Of a stretch of 64,000 bases of DNA, positions 45,169-52,252 are shown piece by piece (the stretch's first letter is position 1; every line of letters starts with the position of its first letter). The stretch is taken from assembly GCA_964537835.1 (NCBI GenBank), contig CAZICS010000001.1:54275-118274 (forward strand), given 5' to 3'. This DNA comes from an uncultured archaeon (lineage in GTDB: Archaea; Aenigmatarchaeota; Aenigmatarchaeia; CG10238-14; SCSR01). The notes beneath the pieces are model-generated. The model was not told the DNA's origin. It did no database searches and saw only the letters and a program-made list of their open reading frames with translations. The position numbers and the translations under genes were made by a program.

Positions 45169-45342
45169 TCAAAAACACTTTGTACGCTAGCGTACAACAG
45201 ATCTGTATAGATCTTAATAAAGAAAATGTTTGTCGACGGTGATAAACCTAAGCTTTAACAAAAATTTCGAAAGTTCCGACACTTCGAAGGTTAAAAAAAT
45301 TGTCGAAAGTTACTTTAAAATACCAAAAAGTTCAAAATTATT
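45169..45342. promoter_or_regulatory. Divergent intergenic promoter region between the giant gene (minus) and the wHTH regulator gene (plus). It has TATA-like boxes on both strands and palindromic candidate operators.
   Basis: Plus strand: tttaaaata at 45315..45323 lies about 20-28 bp upstream of ATG 45343, implying a leaderless mRNA. Minus strand: ctttattaag-like A/T box near 45212..45222, about 45 bp upstream of ATG 45168. Palindromes lie between that box and the start codon. Confidence 0.5.
45181..45206. promoter_or_regulatory. Perfect 16-bp palindrome tgtacgctagcgtaca (45181..45196) immediately followed by a perfect 10-bp palindrome acagatctgt (45197..45206). Candidate operator 13-38 bp upstream of the giant-gene start.
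   Basis: Direct reading: both are exact reverse-complement palindromes. They are GC-containing in an AT-rich intergenic region and lie between the putative TATA box and the ATG of the giant gene. Confidence 0.5.
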
Positions 45343-45738
45343 ATGATGTTGAAAGGTTTTTTGAACAAGAAAACTCAGGAAGAAAGTGTCGAAAATATAA
45401 TTAAGAGGCTTGACATGCAATACGCTCATCTAGCTTTAGAGTTTGAAAAAATTAAGCTCTTGAACGAAAAAATCGAAAAATTGAATTCAAAGATTAGAGA
45501 GATTGAGGAAATGATTTCTCGTGGTATCAAGTTTCAGTCGAGAAGTGTGTCGACAAGAACAAAAGAAGCAATTAAACTAATCCTTAAAAAATATGGAGAG
45601 TTGACTTCTGAGCAACTAAGCAAAATACTTAAACTGTCGAGAACGAGGTGTAACGAGTACCTGAAAGAGATGGAAGAAGAGGGAATAGCCAAGTCAAGAA
45701 TTTTCTGTCGAAAAAAGCTATATTCTCTTCGACAGTAA
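45343..45738 (+). CDS. Small coiled-coil plus C-terminal winged-helix DNA-binding protein, a putative transcriptional regulator.
   Basis: 131 aa. The N-terminal half is coiled-coil (LEFEKIKLLNEKIEKLNSKIREIEEMI). The C-terminus GELTSEQLSKILKLSRTRCNEYLKEMEEEGIAKS is HTH/wHTH-like. It is divergently transcribed from the giant gene. Confidence 0.6.
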   Translation: MMLKGFLNKKTQEESVENIIKRLDMQYAHLALEFEKIKLLNEKIEKLNSKIREIEEMISRGIKFQSRSVSTRTKEAIKLILKKYGELTSEQLSKILKLSRTRCNEYLKEMEEEGIAKSRIFCRKKLYSLRQ

Positions 45739-45773
45739 GTTTTTTTCTCAAATTTAAAAGTTTAAAACTTAGT

Positions 45774-46574
45774 ATGAAAAATATGAACAGGTTAAAGGTA
45801 TGGGTAAAAGGAATGAAATTACTAAGGGCTTTTTATGGTATTTTGCTTGCATTGTTGGGTGCTTATCTTACAAACAATCTCGACTTTTTCATTCTATTTA
45901 AAGTACTAGCTGTTTTCTTTGCTTGGGAATATACTGTAGTTTTAAACAATATTTATGATCTGGAAATAGATAAACTTGCTAAGAATGAAAATCCGTTTCT
46001 GCTTAAGCTAATCGAAAAAGAGGAATACCTTAAACTCGGTATTACGATGGGATTAATAGCTATAGTTTTCTCCTTTTTTCCTTCAATGATGGTAACACTT
46101 TTAATTTTGCTTGCACTTTTTCTAGGAACCATTTATTCTGTGCCTCCTTTAAGACTTAGAAGATATCCCTTAACCTCTTGTTTCATTGCTATAGGTAGTG
46201 TGATTTCATTAATGATAGGTATGCTCCCTTGCGAGCTATATAATTATGCAATTCTCTTTTTAGTTATTTTCTTTAGTGTTTCTATAGGTACTTTAATAAG
46301 AGATTTGGAGAGCTACGAGGCTGATAAAAAAGCTGGAGTTAAAACGATATTTACTTTGCTAGGAAAAGAAGAGGGGAAAAAGGTAGTTTCATCTCTCTTA
46401 TTTCTCTCTTTCCTTCCACCTATCTTGCTTTTTCAAAAAATATTCTTTCTCTTCATTTTAGGAGGATTCTTCTCTTCCCTCCTTTTTTTCAAAACTGAAA
46501 ATTATAGGTTAGTTATGCTCATAGTCATGGGATTGTTCATAGTATGTGCCCTTCAACTGAAAGGCCTTTTTTAA
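45774..46574 (+). CDS. UbiA-family prenyltransferase (for example a DGGGP-synthase-like enzyme).
   Basis: Multi-TM protein with an Asp-rich motif NNIYDLEIDK (N-x-x-x-D-x-x-x-D) and an IYSVPPLRLRR motif typical of UbiA (YS.pPlRlKr). Confidence 0.65.
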   Translation: MKNMNRLKVWVKGMKLLRAFYGILLALLGAYLTNNLDFFILFKVLAVFFAWEYTVVLNNIYDLEIDKLAKNENPFLLKLIEKEEYLKLGITMGLIAIVFSFFPSMMVTLLILLALFLGTIYSVPPLRLRRYPLTSCFIAIGSVISLMIGMLPCELYNYAILFLVIFFSVSIGTLIRDLESYEADKKAGVKTIFTLLGKEEGKKVVSSLLFLSFLPPILLFQKIFFLFILGGFFSSLLFFKTENYRLVMLIVMGLFIVCALQLKGLF

Positions 46575-46633
46575 AGGTTTTTACAAAGTTACTCATCAAT
46601 AAAAATTTAACTTAAATTTTTGAAAACTAAATT

Positions 46634-47758
46634 ATGCAATTTATTTCAAGAATTCAGAAGCTGATAGCTTCCCTTGAAAAGGAAAGGTTCAGTATTTTTT
46701 CAATTTTTTGGCTAGTTGTGATAATAGGTATAGTAAGAGCCTATGTAGAAGAAATTTGTTTTACTGGTAATATCAGCATTTGGTCTCTTAATGAAAATGA
46801 TATAATGACCTCCCTTGCCGCCTTCTTTGGATGTACTTTCTTAGTTTCAATCTTTTCGAAAGAAAGGATCAAAAAAGTATGGAATGCTACGATATTATTC
46901 TGGCCTATCTTTATTTCCCCTCCTATAATAGACTATTTATTCTTCGGTGGTTGTTCCCGATTTTCTTATGAATTTGTTTTTTTGAATAAGGTTGATTTAA
47001 CCCTCTTATTCCCGCCCTTATATTTTATTCAAGCTGGTGTATCGCCAGGACTTGTAATAGAATATATAGCTGTTATTTTGGCTCTGGTGTATGTTTATAT
47101 AAAATCTCACTCAATAAAAAGAACTTCCCTTTTCTACATTTTTTTAAATATTCCTGGATACTTGCTAGTAATTCATCCTCTCCCTCTCTTAGCAAACTTC
47201 GATATAGTATGGCAACTTAAAGCGTTGCCCTTTGCCTATGAATGGTATTATTTTCTGTTTACAGGGTCTTCTCTCTTAATTTTTATCTTTAATAGGAAGA
47301 AGTTAAAAATTCCAAGAAAAATCATAATCTTTCTCATCCCATTAACAATCTTCTATGCACTTGGGGTATTCCTTTCCTTTTACCAGTCTCCTAAACCTTT
47401 TTCCCAACTTCTCAAATTTTCTACTTCCTTTTTCCCATTTTTAGCTTTTTTCTTACTCCAAGAACCCTCTAAACTGAAAAAGGATATAGCATTTATATGC
47501 TTATCTTTCTCTCCTTTCCTATCCTTATATTTAAAGAATATCTATGTAACAACTCTTTCTACTATCCTATCACTTTTGGTTTTTCTTTGGTATAAGCTTA
47601 GAAAATTCCCCAGAATTTTCCTTACAATTCTCCTTACATCTTCTTTCTTTTTTGGATACTTTGCTTATGGTTCGATTAATCCCATAAACAAATTTTTCTT
47701 TGTTTTTCCATTATTAGGGGTTATTTCTTTTATAATAACTATTTTAGCAAAACCCTAA
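46634..47758 (+). CDS. Polytopic integral membrane protein of unknown function.
   Basis: 374 aa with about 10 hydrophobic helices and no recognisable catalytic motif. Confidence 0.5.
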   Translation: MQFISRIQKLIASLEKERFSIFSIFWLVVIIGIVRAYVEEICFTGNISIWSLNENDIMTSLAAFFGCTFLVSIFSKERIKKVWNATILFWPIFISPPIIDYLFFGGCSRFSYEFVFLNKVDLTLLFPPLYFIQAGVSPGLVIEYIAVILALVYVYIKSHSIKRTSLFYIFLNIPGYLLVIHPLPLLANFDIVWQLKALPFAYEWYYFLFTGSSLLIFIFNRKKLKIPRKIIIFLIPLTIFYALGVFLSFYQSPKPFSQLLKFSTSFFPFLAFFLLQEPSKLKKDIAFICLSFSPFLSLYLKNIYVTTLSTILSLLVFLWYKLRKFPRIFLTILLTSSFFFGYFAYGSINPINKFFFVFPLLGVISFIITILAKP

Positions 47759-47761
47759 AAA

Positions 47762-48907
47762 TTAAATCGTTTTTTCACTCAATTCTATCCCCTTTTTCAC
47801 AATCCAAAAATCTTTAATTTTAAGAAAGAACTTAGGTTTTAAAAGGAATTTTAGGAATATTTCAAGGTAAGAAACTTTTCTCCAATCTTTCTCGCTATAA
47901 ACATATCCAATAAAATTTAATTCTTCATTCTTGAATGAATAAAATATCTCACCAGCTTTTTTAAGAATGGGATTGCAAAAAGGACTGTTTCTAAGTTTAT
48001 CCTCATATTCTTTCAACAAGGAAATATCATCAAACTCAAAAGTTTTACAAATGGTTTCTCCAGCTAGTTTACCACTAAATAAAGCAGCATGGATACCCCC
48101 TCCAAATAGGGGATTGGTTAAACCTGCAGCATCACCAACAATTAGAGCAGATTGTTTTACAAAATTTTTTAATGTATAGTTTTTTGGTATAATTCCAGCA
48201 TTCACAGATATTTTTTTATTAAGGTCAAAGCCATTGGATTTACAAAAATCATCCAACCATTTTCCAATATTTCCAATCCCACCAACACCTACATTAAATT
48301 CATCTCCTCTAGGAAATACCCATGCATACCCGTTTTTGAATCTGGCATTTAGAAACATACACAAAAATTCATTTTCTGGGAAGCTGGATGATTTAAATTT
48401 ATATTGAATAGCTGTAACAAATTCTTTTTTTCTTAAGAGATTAAGCCAAGATGCTATATTAGCTTCTGGACCGTCTGCTCCTACTAAAATATGAGATTTG
48501 AAGATTCCTCTGTCCGTTTTTACATGCCACAATTTTTTCTTTCTAATTCCGCTTGCATTTGTTTTTAAAAGAAGTTTGCACCCATAGTCAATCGCTTCTT
48601 TAATTAGCCACTGGTCAAATTTAGCACGGTCTATTGAGTAGGATTTAGTGAAGGAAAAAAAGAAGTTACCATCCGGGACAAAAATTTTAATACCTTTATG
48701 CTTTTTTTTAACCCATTCTTTACATGGTTTTAATTTACTGTTTTTTAAGCCAAACTTGCTTATCACTTCACCACATTGAATAGGGTACCCCACTTTCTTT
48801 TTTTTATCTATAACTAAAACAGAATACCCTTTCTTAGAAAGGATTCTAGCTGTCATTCCTCCTGCAGGACCCGCCCCTACTATTATTACATCGTATATCA
48901 TAATCAA
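47762..48907 (-). CDS. Geranylgeranyl reductase family FAD-dependent oxidoreductase (archaeal lipid saturation).
   Basis: N-terminus MIMIYDVIIVGAGPAGGMTARILSKKGYSVLVIDKKKKVGYPIQCGE matches the GGR signature YDVvVvGaGPaG...CGg. Later motifs GADGPEANIA and VGDAAG match the FAD-binding signature. Confidence 0.8.
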   Translation of the reverse strand: MIMIYDVIIVGAGPAGGMTARILSKKGYSVLVIDKKKKVGYPIQCGEVISKFGLKNSKLKPCKEWVKKKHKGIKIFVPDGNFFFSFTKSYSIDRAKFDQWLIKEAIDYGCKLLLKTNASGIRKKKLWHVKTDRGIFKSHILVGADGPEANIASWLNLLRKKEFVTAIQYKFKSSSFPENEFLCMFLNARFKNGYAWVFPRGDEFNVGVGGIGNIGKWLDDFCKSNGFDLNKKISVNAGIIPKNYTLKNFVKQSALIVGDAAGLTNPLFGGGIHAALFSGKLAGETICKTFEFDDISLLKEYEDKLRNSPFCNPILKKAGEIFYSFKNEELNFIGYVYSEKDWRKVSYLEIFLKFLLKPKFFLKIKDFWIVKKGIELSEKTI

Positions 48908-48955
48908 ATACTCGGCTTTTCTAGAAATAAAAATTTAAATGTTAACTTTCTATAA

Positions 48956-49567
48956 ATGAAGGGAAAAATGAAATCAGAAAGATTTCTCATAGAAGCTCTA
49001 TATATCCTGGTTAACACACCTGAAAAAAGAGAAAAAGCAGTAAGTATGCTTAGGAGTATACAAGATTTTTTCTTGAAAAATAAATTTCATTATTCTATTG
49101 GTAGGATTTTAAGCAATTTTACTCTATCTCACCAAATACTTTCTTTTAAAGAAATGGAATCTTTGATAGAAAATGCTGAAGAAATAGTGATAACTTATTG
49201 TTCTTGTCAAGATTATAGTATAAAAGAGCTTTATGATGGAAGAAAAGAGTTTTATTTCAGTTGGGATGAAGATAGTATCGAGAAATTGAAGAAAATGGTA
49301 AGGCCAAGTATACATTATTGCTTTGAAAAGGGCGGTCTTGCTCCTTTTGTTAAAAAATTCTGGAATGATTGGATAGAGTTAGATAAAAAAGAAGCATTAG
49401 ATTTATGCAAGATTTATAAGGAGCATGGAGCTTTATTTACTTCTACAAGAATAAATCCACTTAAAAGGCCTGTAGGAGGAATATGTACATGCTTCAACTT
49501 GTACAATACCTGCATAAACCTTAGGCAACACTTACTAAAACTAGGTAAGGTAGAATTTCCTGAATGA
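48956..49567 (+). CDS. Hypothetical protein with Cys motifs (CSCQDY ... CTCFNLYNTC).
   Basis: 203-aa ORF with coding-like composition; no recognised family. Confidence 0.45.
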   Translation: MKGKMKSERFLIEALYILVNTPEKREKAVSMLRSIQDFFLKNKFHYSIGRILSNFTLSHQILSFKEMESLIENAEEIVITYCSCQDYSIKELYDGRKEFYFSWDEDSIEKLKKMVRPSIHYCFEKGGLAPFVKKFWNDWIELDKKEALDLCKIYKEHGALFTSTRINPLKRPVGGICTCFNLYNTCINLRQHLLKLGKVEFPE

Positions 49568-49597
49568 TATAAAAATTTTTGTGAACAAAAATTAAAT

Positions 49598-50014
49598 ATG
49601 GTTAAAAGATTTTTGATTACAATTATTTTGTTAATAGCCTTCTTTTTCTCCCTCTTCTTAATTTCTTATAAAAAATCATTCACAGGTTATCAAGTATCCT
49701 CAGGATTTTACATAACCCTAGATTCTATTGGGTTTATGATTTTTGGAGGTATAATAGTGCTCAGTGTTTTGATGGGAAAGTTTAAGAGAGATATTTTTAT
49801 TTTCACTTCTGGCGCAATTTTAGGATTTTTAGTAGAATGGTATGGTATCTCAAGAGAAATTTGGTCCTATCCTCATGGTCAACAACTCCCACCCCTTCTT
49901 ATGATATTGGCATGGGGTGTTGTAACCCTCTCAAGCTACCATTTATCCTTAATTTTGAGAACAGCTACTAAGAAGCTTTTAAAAATAATCAAAAAATCAA
50001 AGGAAAAGGGATAG
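49598..50014 (+). CDS. Small membrane protein (3-4 TM helices), hypothetical.
   Basis: 138-aa hydrophobic ORF that overlaps the convergent gene at 49997..50902 by 18 nt. Confidence 0.45.
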   Translation: MVKRFLITIILLIAFFFSLFLISYKKSFTGYQVSSGFYITLDSIGFMIFGGIIVLSVLMGKFKRDIFIFTSGAILGFLVEWYGISREIWSYPHGQQLPPLLMILAWGVVTLSSYHLSLILRTATKKLLKIIKKSKEKG

Positions 50015-50902
50015 TGCAGTAAAGAGTAGTGGATATCTGGTCATCATAAACCAAATTCGCATCTTTGGAGCGTATTTTTTAGCTGCTTCTTCCAAATCTT
50101 TCCCCTTATTAACAAGATAAACTTCTTTAGATGCATGAGATATACCTAAAGATAGAATAATGAGCATCAGATAAGAAATGCTTGAAAGTGATTTAGCCCC
50201 GAATAAAAAAGGTGCCAAGCAAAGAAAACCTGCGGTTGAAAAAAGAAATGCTAGCAATAAAGTTTTTTTCAGTCCAAAAACATGGGCCCATGTTTTTATC
50301 CCCTCTTCCCTATCTTCAGAATAATCTTCACAAGTATTTACCAAGGTAAAACCTTCGTTCATCAGAGCATATCCGGCAACAAAGAGTAAAAAGTGAAGAG
50401 GTAATGAATAATTAAAAAGAAACCAGCCTGCTAGAATGGGTAGGGTATAGAGACCAACGAGCACAGGAACTGGGCTAAGTATACCTCTTTTTTTAATCCT
50501 AAGAGGTTCCATCGAATAGGATATACCAAAAAATAAGCCTAGGATTGAAAGTAGTGCTGTGATAAAGTAACCTCCTTGAAATAGATATGCAATTAAAAAA
50601 GAAATTAAGAGGAGTTCCAAAACTAAAATTATCTTAACATTTTTAATTCCCATCGATTTTACCGCATTACTCAAATAAGTTTTGTACTTCCCATCTACTT
50701 TCAAATCACAAAGGCAATTTAAATTGCAGGAGAAGGTTAGTATGGTAAAGAATAGAACTATGTAAGCAAGAATATATTGGCTAAGAAGCATTTCTAAACT
50801 AGTAATCCCTAAGAGTATGCCTAAGACTGCTGTTGGTAATGAAGCGATTTGAATGTTTGCTCTGCTAATTTTTAAAAAATTTAAAATGAATTTTTTGACC
50901 AT
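49997..50902 (-). CDS. UbiA-family prenyltransferase-like membrane protein (second copy).
   Basis: Multi-TM protein. ISYSMEPLRIKKRG parallels the UbiA motif YS.pPlRlKr, and the Asp-containing segment CDLKVDGKY is weaker evidence. Confidence 0.5.
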   Translation of the reverse strand: MVKKFILNFLKISRANIQIASLPTAVLGILLGITSLEMLLSQYILAYIVLFFTILTFSCNLNCLCDLKVDGKYKTYLSNAVKSMGIKNVKIILVLELLLISFLIAYLFQGGYFITALLSILGLFFGISYSMEPLRIKKRGILSPVPVLVGLYTLPILAGWFLFNYSLPLHFLLFVAGYALMNEGFTLVNTCEDYSEDREEGIKTWAHVFGLKKTLLLAFLFSTAGFLCLAPFLFGAKSLSSISYLMLIILSLGISHASKEVYLVNKGKDLEEAAKKYAPKMRIWFMMTRYPLLFTALSLFL

Positions 50903-50939
50903 GTAACATAAATAATTAGCTTAAATTTTAAAAGTCTTT

Positions 50940-52208
50940 TTATCTTTTTGCCAATTCTGTAAAAACTCTTGCCTTAAAATCTGAAATTATGCTCATTAAA
51001 TTCACAAACCCATCTTGAGGGGTAGGAAAGCAAGAAAAGTATTTATGCACATCACCATCTTTCCACCATTTAGTGCAGCAGTAATATAAATGGTCGCTTA
51101 TTTGCAATAACCTCCATATCCTGAGCAGTTGAGTATCTCCAAGCCTTTTAACAGCTTTCTCTAAATTCTTTATTTCCTCAAAGCAAACTTGTTGCATTCT
51201 ATTACCAAGCCAGGCGGAAACATCTCTTTCCATATCCGCCCAAGAGACTGTACTTAACTCAAAAACATCTATTTCTCCAGCAGGTTCATATTTTTGAATT
51301 ATCTCGCTAGGCAAGCAAAATTCCAAATTCTCATATTTCAAAACTTCTCTTGGTAAAGCTCTTAGGAACCAAAATATTCCAGATTCTGGCCATTGATGTT
51401 CCCCAAAAGTTTCATAATCCATATACAAATTTATACACTGACCAGGAGTTGCAGCAAGCCATGCAGCAAATTTATCAGCAGTCAAAGGCCATTCATTCCA
51501 ATCTTTTGCTGAAAAGCGATAGCCGATATCATCGCTTAGCCTATAATTTCTTAAAAGAACTCTTATTCTTTTTTCAGGTCTAGGATCGTTTGGGAAGCAA
51601 TACTTCCTTATATAAACATAATTTGGACTTCTCCATCCTAGAATTCTTTCTGTCCCTTCAGTAAAAATTGCTTTAAAGCCTAAATCTTCAACGATTTTGG
51701 CTATCACATTGTTGTAAATCATTTCTGTGTTAACAAAAACTTTGGGGGTGAAATTAAACAAGTCTTTCATAACTTGTCTATGCATGTTGACTTGCTCTAT
51801 GAATTCGCCTTTATCTTCAAACAAGCTTGCCAGAGAATGATAATAAGTTTCGCCTATTAGCTCAACGCACTTTGTTTCAACCAATTGCTTAAAGCTCTCA
51901 AGCAAATCTTTGTTATATCTTTCACATAACTCCAAGAAAACGCCGGTAATAGAATAACTTACTTTAAACTTTTTCTTCTCTTTCTTAAAGTTATCTATAA
52001 GTTCAAGAATTATTTGATTTGTTGGAAAATAGCATCTGTTGCAAACTCTATCAAAAATCCATTTGTCTAGGCCATGGTTAAAATAATGGTTAAAGATTTC
52101 TTTAGCAGATATATTTCCATTTGGCTGAAAAGTAGCAAGCCTAAAAGGCTGATGAACCTGGAAGTTTAAAGTTATGGAAGCCATTTCTCTCTTTTTAATT
52201 AATTTCAA
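50940..52208 (-). CDS. Glycoside hydrolase family 57 protein (alpha-amylase or 4-alpha-glucanotransferase-like).
   Basis: N-terminus ITLNFQVHQPFRL matches the GH57 motif (compare INFIFGIHNHQP of the Thermococcus litoralis GTase). KVFVNTEMIY aligns to the catalytic-nucleophile motif GVWLTERVW. The true start may be at the internal Met (MASITLNF). Confidence 0.7.
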   Translation of the reverse strand: MKLIKKREMASITLNFQVHQPFRLATFQPNGNISAKEIFNHYFNHGLDKWIFDRVCNRCYFPTNQIILELIDNFKKEKKKFKVSYSITGVFLELCERYNKDLLESFKQLVETKCVELIGETYYHSLASLFEDKGEFIEQVNMHRQVMKDLFNFTPKVFVNTEMIYNNVIAKIVEDLGFKAIFTEGTERILGWRSPNYVYIRKYCFPNDPRPEKRIRVLLRNYRLSDDIGYRFSAKDWNEWPLTADKFAAWLAATPGQCINLYMDYETFGEHQWPESGIFWFLRALPREVLKYENLEFCLPSEIIQKYEPAGEIDVFELSTVSWADMERDVSAWLGNRMQQVCFEEIKNLEKAVKRLGDTQLLRIWRLLQISDHLYYCCTKWWKDGDVHKYFSCFPTPQDGFVNLMSIISDFKARVFTELAKR

Positions 52209-52252
52209 GTCTTATAAATAAATTTTTCTATCGAAGAAAACTAAGAAAAATT

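Noticed and set aside
43963-44442. A true protein-splicing intein.
   Set aside because: The +1 residue after the terminal Asn is Leu, not Cys/Ser/Thr, and the penultimate residue is Ser, not His. There is no endonuclease insert. The host context (a surface protein rather than a replication or ATPase gene) also fits BIL/Hedgehog-type Hint domains that cleave rather than splice.
47967-48179. 70-aa plus-strand ORF inside the geranylgeranyl reductase gene.
   Set aside because: It is antisense to a confidently identified FAD-binding enzyme gene, so it is spurious.
52209-52252. A TrmB operator (TATCAC-N5-GTGATA) in the GH57/GDE divergent intergenic region and upstream of trmB (58654..58750).
   Set aside because: No match to the motif was seen by eye. 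Only a lone GTGATA half-site occurs, far away at about 45233.
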